This document shows, piece by piece, positions 1 through 9,934 of a stretch of 64,000 nucleotides of DNA. This DNA is from Bacteroidota bacterium (GTDB taxonomy: Bacteria; Bacteroidota; Bacteroidia; UKL13-3). The first letter of the stretch is position 1. Each line of letters begins with the position of its first letter. The DNA lies in assembly GCA_034439655.1 (NCBI GenBank), contig JAWXAU010000091.1:1129-65128 (forward strand), given 5' to 3'. The notes under the pieces were generated by a model. The model had not been told where the DNA came from. It saw only the letters and a program-made list of their open reading frames with translations, and did no database searches. Position numbers and translations under genes: made by a program.

Positions 1-503
1 CCAAAGCCGTTTGTGAAGCACTTAAAGATTTTCCTTCAGTTAATGCCTCGATTGATGGGGAGGAAATTATATATCATCAATATTGTGATATTTCTATAGC
101 GGTATCAGCCCCAAAAGGATTGGTGGTACCCGTAGTTCGTAATGCCGAAAGTATGACGTTGGCTGATATTGAACGCAGCATCGCCGACCTTGCTGGGAAA
201 GCTAGAGAAAATCGTTTAAGCTTGGAAGAAATGACGGGCGGCACATTCACTATTACAAATGGTGGTGTATTCGGCAGCTTGATGTCGACACCCATTATTA
301 ATGCTCCGCAAAGTGCAATATTGGGCATGCACAATATTATAGAAAGACCTGTTGCCATTAGCGGCCAAGTAGTAATCAGACCCATGATGTATGTGGCTTT
401 GAGTTACGACCACCGCATTATTGACGGGCGTGAATCTGTTGGTTTTTTGGTTCGCGTAAAACAATTATTAGAAGATCCTGCAAGAATGTTATTGGGAGTA
501 TAA
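1..503 (+). CDS. sucB: 2-oxoglutarate dehydrogenase E2 component (dihydrolipoyllysine-residue succinyltransferase), 5'-truncated by the window edge
   Basis: The reading frame is open from position 3. The C-terminus ...[35 protein letters not shown] closely matches the E. coli SucB catalytic-domain C-terminus (DHR..DG active-site motif). lpdA is nearby. Confidence 0.75.
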   Translation, partial: KAVCEALKDFPSVNASIDGEEIIYHQYCDISIAVSAPKGLVVPVVRNAESMTLADIERSIADLAGKARENRLSLEEMTGGTFTITNGGVFGSLMSTPIINAPQSAILGMHNIIERPVAISGQVVIRPMMYVALSYDHRIIDGRESVGFLVRVKQLLEDPARMLLGV

Positions 504-509
504 TAGTAC

Positions 510-1763
510 ATGAGAAAAATACTATTATATATATTTATATTCCTATCCCATTATATAAGTGCACAAGTTACAATATACTATGGAGCTACTATCCATGTGG
601 GCAATGGGCAGCTGATTTCAAAAGGGGTGATGGTTGTGAAAGGCCAGCAAGTGGTTGATATAGCAAGAGATTTAACACAAATGGAAATTAAATGGGCTGC
701 AGATAAGCCTGTAAAAGTAAGCTTGCAAAGTACCCAAGAAATATATCCAGGTTTTATTGCCCCAAATTGCTATCCCGGCCTTAACGAAATTGACGCTGCA
801 CGAGCTACGAAAGATTTTATTGAAGTTGGGAGCTACAATCCAAATATTAGGACGCTCACAGCCTTTAATACTGATAGCAAAATACTTCCCACACTTGCTT
901 TCAATGGCGTGCTTGCAGTGCAGGCATCTCCTTTTGGAGGAACAATTTGCGGCACTTCCTCAATTATGGCTACAAGTGCTGATAATTGGGAGGATGCAGC
1001 ATTATATAGTGACGATGGAATATATATAAACTGGCAAGAAATTTCACAGCCTGCAAACGAAGACCAAAATAAATACCATATAGCATTTTTGGAAGGTTTG
1101 GGCAAGTTTTTCGAGGAAGCAAAAGCATATAATAATTTATCGGAGATTACTGAAAAAAACCTCAAATATGAAAGTACACGTGGATTGTGGCAAGCTGAAA
1201 AAAGATTATATATACGTGTGAATTCTGCCTATGGAATTTTGGAAGCTATAGATTTTGCCAAACAGAAAAATATAAAAAATCTTGTCATTGTGGGTGGTAC
1301 GGAATCATATAAAGTTTGTGCCTCTTTAAAACAAAACCAGGTACCTATTATATTAATGAACCTTCACCGACTTCCAACTAGAACAGATGAAGATGTATTA
1401 TTGCCCTTCAAACTCCCAAAAATGTTGCTCGACTCAGGGATAGATTTTTGTGTGGGAGTTGGGGGTTCGTGGGAAGTACGGAACCTGGCGTTCCAAGCTG
1501 GAACGGCTGCCGCATATGGACTTACAAAAGAACAAGCACTTTCAGCAATTACTTATAATACAGCAAAAATTTTGGGTTGTGATAGTCAATTGGGAAGTTT
1601 GGAAATTGGCAAACAAGCCACTTTCTTTATCAGTAACGGAGATGCACTTGATATGAAAGGCAATGTATTATATAAAGCTTTTATAAAAGGTATTGAAATT
1701 AATTTGCAAGGACAGCAACAAGATTTATATAAAAAGTATAATAAGAAATATTTCGGAGAGTAA
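510..1763 (+). CDS. Amidohydrolase-family protein with an N-terminal signal peptide
   Basis: 417 aa. N-terminus MRKILLYIFIFLSHYISAQ. The C-terminal block GSLEIGKQATFFISNGDALD... is typical of Amidohydro_3-type proteins. Canonical HxH metal ligands are not obvious. Confidence 0.5.
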   Translation: MRKILLYIFIFLSHYISAQVTIYYGATIHVGNGQLISKGVMVVKGQQVVDIARDLTQMEIKWAADKPVKVSLQSTQEIYPGFIAPNCYPGLNEIDAARATKDFIEVGSYNPNIRTLTAFNTDSKILPTLAFNGVLAVQASPFGGTICGTSSIMATSADNWEDAALYSDDGIYINWQEISQPANEDQNKYHIAFLEGLGKFFEEAKAYNNLSEITEKNLKYESTRGLWQAEKRLYIRVNSAYGILEAIDFAKQKNIKNLVIVGGTESYKVCASLKQNQVPIILMNLHRLPTRTDEDVLLPFKLPKMLLDSGIDFCVGVGGSWEVRNLAFQAGTAAAYGLTKEQALSAITYNTAKILGCDSQLGSLEIGKQATFFISNGDALDMKGNVLYKAFIKGIEINLQGQQQDLYKKYNKKYFGE

Positions 1764-1840
1764 GGGTGTTAATAGTAAGAGGGAAGTAGTTGGGGAATAT
1801 TTTTTGCATCACAAAAGTTAAAAAGCTGTACACAGTATGT

Positions 1841-4018
1841 TTATTCCACAACCAATTCTACTGCACCCTTTCTACAATCTGTGAAATTACTTTTATATAG
1901 CAGAGCTTCTTTTTTCCACCTATCAATATAATAATTCGAATTGCTGAGGTCTGCTATATAATGCCGGGCTTTCACCTTGCCAGCCAAGTCTTCCCAATGT
2001 TTCATAGGTTTGTGGCTTATGATTGCAATATCTACTGAATCCTTAAATGCTGTAGTTGGGGTTTGGTCAATAATTAAAATCTTTTTGCCATTAAAAATAT
2101 ATAGGTTCTTATAATTTTGTAAGCGATTAGTTGTATGTTTTTGTGTGTCATTCAACGCATACAAGTTCTTTTCGGTGGCACCCATATCAACCCAGTGTTT
2201 TTGAAATTTAAACTTGAGAGTGGCTTTATTATATAATATATTGGTATCGCCCACTGCGGTTAAATTGTGTGAATCGAAGAAACCCACGACAGTCTTGCCC
2301 TGTATGGCATAAACAAATATTTTCTTTTGTTGTTGCCATTGGTAGTTTTCTATCATTTTTGTGCACAGAAAAACAACCATAAAAAGGGATGCGGTATAAA
2401 AAGTATACTTATTTTTATGGGTAAAAAATTGGGTAACGAAAAAGAAAATTATCAATAATAAAAGTGTTTGCCAAAAACCGATACTCACCCCTTCGAAAGT
2501 AGCATAGGGAATTTGACCAATAAATTTAACTGTATCATCTGTCCATTTGATTAAATAGTCCAAAGCAATGCCCATACTGCTTGCCAGCAAGGGAATGAAA
2601 GAAAACGCTACCAATAATAATCCGATATAAGTTATAATAGTTGAAAGCGGAATAATGAGCAAATTGGAGATGAGAAAATAATTAGGAAATTGTCCGAAAT
2701 AGTAAAAACCTAGAGGTGAGGTGGCCAATTGTGCAGCAATAGATACCGCGGTAATATTCCATACTTGGTTCGTAAACCAATTATTAAAAGTAAACCAGCT
2801 ATAGATACGTGGATGTAAAAATACAATACCCAATACCGCCAAGTATGAAAGCTGGAAACCCACGTCGTACAATGAGTAGGGATTGATGAGCAATAATATA
2901 AAAGCTGAGGCTGCAATAGAATTATATATGTTCGTATTGCGGTGGAATGTCTCCGCTATGATAATAATCGTAAACATCAATGCTGCCCTATTTACTGATG
3001 GAGATAGACCCGTAATTAAAGCATAAAACCATAGCGTAACTACTATAATACAAAACCTCAAAATACGCAATGATTTCTTGCGGGTGAGAAAACCCAATAA
3101 AGCTTTTAATACAAAGTACAATATGCCTACATGCAAGCCCGAAACTGCCAATACGTGCAGGGTGCCCGTATCTGCATACGCCTCCACCAAATCCTGCGAC
3201 AGGTCTTCTCGATAACCAAAAATTAATGCAGCGGCCACACCCTTTTGTTCATCGCCTGGAATATAGTTTTTATAGAGTCCTACTATATACTTTTTGATGG
3301 AATAGAATAAATTATCTAATACATGTGATGAATCTTTTCCCACCATTTCCCATTCCCCATCTCGAGCAAAAACTTGATAACTATAACTATTTATTTTCAT
3401 ATACCTGTTATAGTCAAACTCGCCCGGGTTCAATGGTTTGGGGATTTCAATCGGTTTGCCACTAAGCAATAAAATAGAGCCATGCTCAAGCTGTATAGCA
3501 TCACTATCTTTGGGCAAGTATAATAATATATTACCACTGGCATAGGTGTAATTACTATCATTTAATACTGCCAAAACTTTCGCTTTTGCCCGCACTGATT
3601 TTTCTCGTGGTACTGCATTTTCTACCAGCTCAACTTTTATATATTTTTCATCCTTTTGAAGTCTAACAAAATGATCATTTTTATAACTATCAGCTTGTGT
3701 AATGGGCAATAATAACCCCAAAATAATGAATGCTAAATTTAAGCAAACAGTATATATTACTTTTAGCTTTCTTACGAATTTGCTTTGATAAAAAACTAAT
3801 ATAAACAATATACAAACCAAGCCTACAAATACATATTGTAAATAATCGAAAGCCCAAGTAAAGTAAGTAGATAAGGCAATTCCCAATACCAAGGGCAGCA
3901 CCATACGCACAAAAGGCACTTGATGCCAAGGGTTTATATGTTGCGTTTGTATAATACGTTCTTTATTATACTGACGAACTCTAAAAAATTGTTGTATAAA
4001 GTTAATGAGCCACTTCAT
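1841..4018 (-). CDS. comEC: DNA internalisation competence protein ComEC/Rec2
   Basis: 725 aa polytopic membrane protein carrying the ComEC motif ADTGTLHVLAVSGLHVGIL. Confidence 0.8.
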   Translation of the reverse strand: MKWLINFIQQFFRVRQYNKERIIQTQHINPWHQVPFVRMVLPLVLGIALSTYFTWAFDYLQYVFVGLVCILFILVFYQSKFVRKLKVIYTVCLNLAFIILGLLLPITQADSYKNDHFVRLQKDEKYIKVELVENAVPREKSVRAKAKVLAVLNDSNYTYASGNILLYLPKDSDAIQLEHGSILLLSGKPIEIPKPLNPGEFDYNRYMKINSYSYQVFARDGEWEMVGKDSSHVLDNLFYSIKKYIVGLYKNYIPGDEQKGVAAALIFGYREDLSQDLVEAYADTGTLHVLAVSGLHVGILYFVLKALLGFLTRKKSLRILRFCIIVVTLWFYALITGLSPSVNRAALMFTIIIIAETFHRNTNIYNSIAASAFILLLINPYSLYDVGFQLSYLAVLGIVFLHPRIYSWFTFNNWFTNQVWNITAVSIAAQLATSPLGFYYFGQFPNYFLISNLLIIPLSTIITYIGLLLVAFSFIPLLASSMGIALDYLIKWTDDTVKFIGQIPYATFEGVSIGFWQTLLLLIIFFFVTQFFTHKNKYTFYTASLFMVVFLCTKMIENYQWQQQKKIFVYAIQGKTVVGFFDSHNLTAVGDTNILYNKATLKFKFQKHWVDMGATEKNLYALNDTQKHTTNRLQNYKNLYIFNGKKILIIDQTPTTAFKDSVDIAIISHKPMKHWEDLAGKVKARHYIADLSNSNYYIDRWKKEALLYKSNFTDCRKGAVELVVE

Positions 4019-4053
4019 TTAGTGGCCAAAAGTAAATGAGAAAAATCATAATC

Positions 4054-4199
4054 CGTCATTCTGAGTCTCGTCACACAATAATCTTGATAATAATCATGAG
4101 TTTTTAAGTCGAGGCGAAGAATCTGTTCAACGTATGTAGGTACTACAATTGTCCTCCCATCCCAAAAGATTCTTCGCGGGAAGCCCGCTCAGAATGACG
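4054..4199. repeat. MITE-like palindromic intergenic element, CGTCATTCTGA family
   Basis: Termini cgtcattctgagtc ... gctcagaatgacg are inverted. Internal inverted arms cgaagaatctg / agattcttcgc. Sits between comEC and lpdA. Related copies occur at 41379, 52393, 55044, 55807 and 59222. Confidence 0.7.
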
Positions 4200-4208
4200 T
4201 TAGGGCTT

Positions 4209-5597
4209 CTACAAATGAATACATTCTCCATACGCATCGGCAGTAGCTTCCATAATAGCCTCGCTCATAGTAGGATGTGGATGTATCGATTTTAAAATTT
4301 CGTGTCCTGTGGTTTCAAGACGGCGAGCGACAACGGCTTCGGCAATCATTTCGGTAACGTTTGCACCCACCATGTGGCAACCTAACCATTCACCATATTT
4401 GGCATCGAATATTACTTTTACCATACCATCTTTTGCTCCCGAAGCACTTGCTTTTCCGCTTGCACTAAATGGGAAACGACCTACTTTAATATCATAACCC
4501 AATTCACGGGCTTTCTTTTCAGTAAGACCCACACTGGCTACTTCAGGCCAGCAATAAGTGCATCCTGGTATATTTTCATAATTGAGTGGTTCTGGATTGT
4601 GACCCGCAATTTTTTCTACACATATAATACCTTCTGCACTGGCTACGTGGGCAAGGGCTGGACCTTTCACTATATCACCAATAGCATATATACCATCAAT
4701 ATTTGTTTTATAAAAATCATCAACCAATACTTTTCCCTTATCGGTTTTTATACCTAATGTTTCCAGTCCAATATTTTCTAAATTTGTTTGTATTCCTACT
4801 GCTGATAAAACAATATCACATTCTACAACTTCTTCTCCTGTTTTGGTTTTTATTTTTACTTTACAACCTGTACCACTTGTATCAACTGAAAGCACCTCCG
4901 ATTCGGTCATAATGCTTATTCCTGATTTTTTATAAGTGCGTGCAAGTGCTTTTGATATTTCTTCATCTTCCAGCGGTAATATACTTGGTAGAAATTCTAC
5001 AATGGTAACTTTGGTTCCTATACTATTATAGAAATACGCAAACTCAGCACCTATTGCTCCTGAGCCTACTACTACCATACTTTTGGGTTGGACAGGCAGT
5101 ACCATTGCATCAGTATAACCTACTACTTTTTTGCCATCCATCTTTATATTTGGTAATTCTCGACTACGAGCACCTGTGGCAAGTATAATACTTTTTGCTT
5201 CGTAGTTTGTTTTTTTACCATCGGCTCCAGTTACCTCAAGTTTGCCTGTGCCAACTAGTTTTCCATAGCCTACGATTACTTCAATTTTATTTTTCTTCAT
5301 CAAAAAAGAAATGCCTTTGCTCATTCCATTTGCCACATCGCGGCTACGTTTTATAATATTGGCAAATTCTGGTTTCGATTCGCCGACTGTGATTCCATAG
5401 TCGGCAGCATGTTTTATATATTCAAATACCTGTGCCGATTTAAGCAAAGCTTTGGTAGGAATACAGCCCCAATTGAGGCACACACCGCCCAATTCAGATT
5501 TTTCGACGATGCCTACTTTCAAACCTAGTTGGCTAGCTCTAATGGCTGCTACATAACCGCCCGGGCCACTGCCCACTACTAAAATATCAAAATTCAT
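4209..5597 (-). CDS. lpdA: Dihydrolipoyl dehydrogenase (E3)
   Basis: 462 aa. FAD motif ILVVGSGPGGYVAAIRASQLG and redox-active disulfide GGVCLNWGCIPTK. Confidence 0.9.
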   Translation of the reverse strand: MNFDILVVGSGPGGYVAAIRASQLGLKVGIVEKSELGGVCLNWGCIPTKALLKSAQVFEYIKHAADYGITVGESKPEFANIIKRSRDVANGMSKGISFLMKKNKIEVIVGYGKLVGTGKLEVTGADGKKTNYEAKSIILATGARSRELPNIKMDGKKVVGYTDAMVLPVQPKSMVVVGSGAIGAEFAYFYNSIGTKVTIVEFLPSILPLEDEEISKALARTYKKSGISIMTESEVLSVDTSGTGCKVKIKTKTGEEVVECDIVLSAVGIQTNLENIGLETLGIKTDKGKVLVDDFYKTNIDGIYAIGDIVKGPALAHVASAEGIICVEKIAGHNPEPLNYENIPGCTYCWPEVASVGLTEKKARELGYDIKVGRFPFSASGKASASGAKDGMVKVIFDAKYGEWLGCHMVGANVTEMIAEAVVARRLETTGHEILKSIHPHPTMSEAIMEATADAYGECIHL

Positions 5598-5743
5598 ACT
5601 GCTTGTTTATTAATTAATTTGGGCTGCAAATTTAACTCAAATCACGCTATAGAAAACCTATCGCATCTAACTATTTCATTTTCTATAACTTATATTTGTT
5701 TCTGAGGTATTTATGCCGAGAAAAAAAATATCCCAAAATAATA

Positions 5744-6388
5744 TTATGGTGCTTTAATTTTCCTTTTTTCTTTAATATAAGTACGAATCACGGTACCCAT
5801 AGCCACCACTATCATACCTAAGGTGATAAGCCCAATATGGTCGCCCACCCACGGGAATTTTTTGGCCAGCCAATATCCGCTGCCCACCATGGTAATAGTC
5901 CACATCAAACTTCCTACAATATTATATAATAGAAATTTGCGTGGATTTATTTTGGCTACGCCCGCAATAATGGGTGCAAAGGTGCGAATAATGGGTAAAA
6001 AGCGGCCTAGTATTAATGCCAATCCGCCATGTTTATCATAAAAGCTTTTGGAAAGAGCCACATAACTTTTTTTGAATATCAAAGAATTTTCACGGACAAA
6101 AAGCTTTTCTCCTACCCGTTTACCAAATTCATAGCCTACTGTATTTCCCAATATGGCTGCTCCATTAATAGATAATAAAACTGTCCAAAAACTATAATCC
6201 AATTTGCCGTTGGCACAAAGCAGTCCTGCCGCAAAAAGCAAGGCATCGCCTGGCAAAAAGAAGCCGATAAGTAAACCAGTTTCGGCAAATACAATCAATA
6301 GCAATACCCAAAACCCGCCATAGGTAATCAACTGCTGTGGGTCGAATACATTGGGTACTTCTTCAGATATTACTTGTAGTAGTTCCAT
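5744..6388 (-). CDS. DedA / SNARE-associated family membrane protein
   Basis: 214 aa with multiple TM helices. Contains the DedA-type motif FLPGDALLFAAGLL. Confidence 0.7.
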   Translation of the reverse strand: MELLQVISEEVPNVFDPQQLITYGGFWVLLLIVFAETGLLIGFFLPGDALLFAAGLLCANGKLDYSFWTVLLSINGAAILGNTVGYEFGKRVGEKLFVRENSLIFKKSYVALSKSFYDKHGGLALILGRFLPIIRTFAPIIAGVAKINPRKFLLYNIVGSLMWTITMVGSGYWLAKKFPWVGDHIGLITLGMIVVAMGTVIRTYIKEKRKIKAP

Positions 6389-6539
6389 GCGGAATTTGTT
6401 GCCACAATTTTAGGTGAAGGCAAGCAATAAAACGAGTGAAATATTTGAAACGTGGAAAACTGGGTTTGAAATCTATATGCAATTTATATTTTCTGTATAG
6501 GTGCTTTGTCGGTACACAATATTAATAATATTTGTAATT

Positions 6540-6660
6540 CTGAAGCACGAGGCAGGCCGACGGCGGGCACTATGGCTGGTCTTGTTACTATGTGTGCTAA
6601 GCAGCAGATGTCTCAGCCGCGAGTTGCAGGACGACATAACAAACCTGTTTATGTTCTGAC
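6540..6660. ncRNA. GC-rich island, candidate structured small RNA (unassigned)
   Basis: About 110 nt at >60% GC inside an AT-rich spacer between dtd and the dedA-like gene. Open on both strands (ORFs 6473..6673 and 6506..6733) with no coding signal. Contains short complementary segments such as gcugag/cuuagc. Confidence 0.3.
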
Positions 6661-6679
6661 CACATATAACCAATTTTTT

Positions 6680-7132
6680 CTATTCTCTATTCTTGCTATC
6701 TATTATAATAGTAACGGGCCCATCATTAATTAAACTCACTTTCATATCGGCACCAAACTGCCCTTTGGCTATGGGCTTGCCCAATTCTGCATTTAATAAT
6801 TCTATAAACTTTTCATATAAGGGAATCGCAGTTTCGGGCCTCGCTGCGTCTATGAAACTAGGTCTGTTCCCTTTCTTTGTGGAGGCATGTAATGTAAACT
6901 GACTCACCAATAAAATATCGCCGTGTATATCTTTTACGCTCAAATTCATAAGACCCGCAACGTCAGAAAATATACGCAAATTGCCCACTTTATTTGCAAG
7001 CCATTGTATATCTTCTATATCATCTTCCACACAAATTCCTACTAGTACCATCAGCCCTTGTGCAATTTTACCAACTTCATTTCCTTGAATGGAAACTTGT
7101 GCCTCAGAAACCCTTTGTATTACTAAACGCAA
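6680..7132 (-). CDS. dtd: D-aminoacyl-tRNA deacylase
   Basis: 150 aa. MRLVIQRVSEAQVSI...MVLVGI...SQFTL is the Dtd signature. Confidence 0.85.
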   Translation of the reverse strand: MRLVIQRVSEAQVSIQGNEVGKIAQGLMVLVGICVEDDIEDIQWLANKVGNLRIFSDVAGLMNLSVKDIHGDILLVSQFTLHASTKKGNRPSFIDAARPETAIPLYEKFIELLNAELGKPIAKGQFGADMKVSLINDGPVTIIIDSKNRE

Positions 7133-7141
7133 ACCTACAAT

Positions 7142-8077
7142 TTAGTTAAGTGCCTTATTGATATAATACAGAAAGAAATCTTTCTCATATTCGAGCATAT
7201 TTTTCATTGCTTTATTCCAATCAAGCCATCCCAGTCCCACTTGCTGCTTTCCACAACATATAGTAGGCAAAAACGAATGTATAACAGGGTACTTATTTGT
7301 AATAAATTTATGATAATACAATATCATATATGTATCACTATTACAGTTTTTTTGGGTATTGTAAAACCACATACATTCACCGCTGTCATAGCGGAGGTTC
7401 ACAGTTTCCGACGTATTACCTATCTCTAGCAGAGAATCTGAATACACATCAACCAAATCATTAAATATATAATTTCGGAATTTAATGTTGGTAGACAATA
7501 TCAAATTGTATGAAAAATCAAAAAAATCTTCTCCCTTCAAAGTCATAGGTGATGCTTTAATATCTTTGTCGCTTATTACATGATAATTAATACAAGCAGA
7601 AATCACTTCTTTTTCATCATCATTCAACATGGGCAAAAACAAATTAGCTGGCAATTCTATCAGATCAACCACTGAGTCACCCTCCAGTTCGGGTTCATTA
7701 AAGCGATACAAGATTTTTATGCGGGTTATTTGGGTTAAGGATTTACTAATATGCTGGTCCCAAAAATTAAATTTAATTCCTGCTATATTATTCTTAGTAA
7801 GCAGGAACTCACTGTTTCGCTTAGCAGCTTTCAACAGATATCTGCCTATATATACTCCTGCAATTCCACCTACTTTTTCACTTTCATAGGTGTTAAATTG
7901 ATCAGAAAAACATTTGAAAGTGGGCGAATTGATGGAATCGAAAAGTTTGTCGATATATTTATTGTACACATGCTGCGTATAGCTTCCCATAGTATTTGCC
8001 GATAAAATTTTGTGCTGCCCACACAGATGGGTACAAAAAAATATATTGATTGTACAAAAAAATAAATACTTTCGCAT
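7142..8077 (-). CDS. Hypothetical secreted protein
   Basis: 311 aa with an N-terminal signal peptide. No recognisable domain. Confidence 0.5.
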   Translation of the reverse strand: MRKYLFFCTINIFFCTHLCGQHKILSANTMGSYTQHVYNKYIDKLFDSINSPTFKCFSDQFNTYESEKVGGIAGVYIGRYLLKAAKRNSEFLLTKNNIAGIKFNFWDQHISKSLTQITRIKILYRFNEPELEGDSVVDLIELPANLFLPMLNDDEKEVISACINYHVISDKDIKASPMTLKGEDFFDFSYNLILSTNIKFRNYIFNDLVDVYSDSLLEIGNTSETVNLRYDSGECMWFYNTQKNCNSDTYMILYYHKFITNKYPVIHSFLPTICCGKQQVGLGWLDWNKAMKNMLEYEKDFFLYYINKALN

Positions 8078-8113
8078 CTTATTAAAAAATTAACGCAAAC
8101 ATACATCAAAAAG

Positions 8114-8887
8114 TTGCATACCCTTCAAACTCCCATAAGTGCTGTTATAATAGCCAACAATGCGTCCCGCTCCATCGGTCATACCATTGCCGCCATGCTG
8201 TGGTGTAACGAGGTATTGGTAGTAGACTCAGGCTCAACCGACAATACTGTCGAGATATGCAAAGCTTTAGGTTGCACCGTGATGCATCACAACTTTGAAA
8301 GTTATGGGAAACAAAAACATTTTGCCGTGTCGCAGGCTAAAAACGATTGGGTCTGGGTAATTGATGCTGACGAAATTGCCACGCCTGAAATTGTAGCAGA
8401 AGCATGCAAAAAAATAGATTCGGGAGAATATGTGGGTTATATGGTTCCCATTTCACTGGTCTTTATGGGGAAATTATTGCGATTTGGGAATGAATATAAA
8501 AAACCACATTTACGATTGTTCAACAAAAAGCATGGAAACTATAATGAAAGTTTGGTACACGAAGATGTGTTATTAACAGGAAAAATCGGGAAGTTGCAAC
8601 ACCATGTTTTGCATGATAGTTATTATAATATAGATGACTATTTTAAAAAGTTCAATAATTATACAACCCGTGCCGCCGAGCAATTGCATGCACAGAACAA
8701 AAATATAAATATCCTTTCACCTATTATAAAACTACCTTTCCACTTTATTATATTATATATATTTAAGGGTTTGATTTTTGATGGTATAGCTGGATTATTG
8801 TGGGCCACATTTTCGAGCTGGTATTCTTTTGTAAAATATATAAAACTATGGGAAATGAATAAACTAAAATCCACCAAACTTCAATGA
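8114..8887 (+). CDS. Family 2 glycosyltransferase
   Basis: TTG start reported as M. GT-A fold motifs ISAVIIANN...VVDSGSTD...DADE. Stop overlaps the ruvX start (ATGA). Confidence 0.7.
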   Translation: MHTLQTPISAVIIANNASRSIGHTIAAMLWCNEVLVVDSGSTDNTVEICKALGCTVMHHNFESYGKQKHFAVSQAKNDWVWVIDADEIATPEIVAEACKKIDSGEYVGYMVPISLVFMGKLLRFGNEYKKPHLRLFNKKHGNYNESLVHEDVLLTGKIGKLQHHVLHDSYYNIDDYFKKFNNYTTRAAEQLHAQNKNINILSPIIKLPFHFIILYIFKGLIFDGIAGLLWATFSSWYSFVKYIKLWEMNKLKSTKLQ

Positions 8888-9291
8888 GAGTAATGGCTTT
8901 CGATATTGGACTGAAGAGAATTGGCGTAGCTGTTACAGATCCACTGCAAATTATTGCTACCTCGGTAGGAACTTATTCACCCAATGATATCGCAAATTAT
9001 TTGAATGAATATATAAAAACCGAACCCTTGGAACTTTTTGTATTGGGTAAACCTTTGCAAATGGATGGCAGCAATTCGGAATCTTATCATTTGGTTGAAC
9101 AATTTTCGGCATGGCTGCAAACTACTTTCCCTGATATTCCGCAAAAATGGATTGATGAAAGACTCACGTCCAAAATGGCTTCACAGGCTTTGTTCGATAG
9201 TGGACTGAAAAAAAAACAGCGACAAGATAAAAAGTTATTGGACGCAGTATCGGCTACCTTAATTTTGCAAACTTATTTACAGTCCAAATAA
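8884..9291 (+). CDS. ruvX: Holliday junction resolvase-like protein RuvX/YqgF
   Basis: 135 aa. AFDIGLKRIGVAVTD is the RNase H-like YqgF N-terminal motif. Confidence 0.85.
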   Translation: MRVMAFDIGLKRIGVAVTDPLQIIATSVGTYSPNDIANYLNEYIKTEPLELFVLGKPLQMDGSNSESYHLVEQFSAWLQTTFPDIPQKWIDERLTSKMASQALFDSGLKKKQRQDKKLLDAVSATLILQTYLQSK

Positions 9292-9854
9292 TGATTCTTC
9301 CTATATATGCATACGGTGAGCCCGCCCTTCGCAGCGAGACTATTGAAATACAGCGTTCATTTCCACACCTCGAAGATATTATAAAAAATATGTGGGATAC
9401 CATGTACCATACCAATGGCGTGGGTCTTGCCGCCCCGCAGGTTGGTATTTCCATTCGTTTATTTGTTGTTGACTCCACAGAGATGTACAAAGAGGAGGAC
9501 GAAGACCCCAGCAAAGGAATCAAAAAAGTATTTATCAATCCCAGTATCATAAATGAATCGGGGCAGGAATGGGAGTATGAAGAAGGCTGTTTAAGTATAC
9601 CTGGCATCCGAGAATTTGTAAGCCGCAAATCCAATATCAAAATTAGATATTATGATGAGCACTTTGATACCCATACCGATGAATATGATGGCTTAACTGC
9701 CCGCGTTATTCAACACGAATTTGACCATCTAGAAGCTATATTGTTTGTAGACAAAATATCATCCCTCAAACGCCAATTGAACCGTAATAAACTTTTGCAA
9801 ATAAGCCGTGGTTTTGTGGATGTGAAATATAGGATGAAATTTGCGAGAAGGTAG
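9291..9854 (+). CDS. def: Peptide deformylase
   Basis: 187 aa. Carries the three PDF motifs GVGLAAPQVG, EGCLSIPG and HEFDHL. The start overlaps the ruvX stop (TAATG). Confidence 0.9.
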   Translation: MILPIYAYGEPALRSETIEIQRSFPHLEDIIKNMWDTMYHTNGVGLAAPQVGISIRLFVVDSTEMYKEEDEDPSKGIKKVFINPSIINESGQEWEYEEGCLSIPGIREFVSRKSNIKIRYYDEHFDTHTDEYDGLTARVIQHEFDHLEAILFVDKISSLKRQLNRNKLLQISRGFVDVKYRMKFARR

Positions 9855-9934
9855 TTCTTGTCATCCTGTCCGCCGCGGCAGATATCGAAGGATAAGCATT
9901 TTTCGACAAAAAAAAATGTACAAAAAAAATTATA

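Noticed and set aside
757-1165. ORFs 757..1029(+) and 833..1165(-) inside the amidohydrolase-like gene
   Set aside because: They overlap the 417-aa ORF, which has coherent domain-like sequence, and are low-complexity translations. Regarded as shadow ORFs, as are the many other 60-120-aa ORFs nested in long genes (e.g. 2710..2916, 10476..10697, 27112..27650, 42648..43255, 44293..44662).
6473-6733. ORFs 6473..6673(-) and 6506..6733(+) in the GC-rich island
   Set aside because: Both strands are open only because high GC depletes stop codons. There is no start context and no protein-like composition (Arg/Ala/Cys-rich). Treated as non-coding (a possible RNA) instead.
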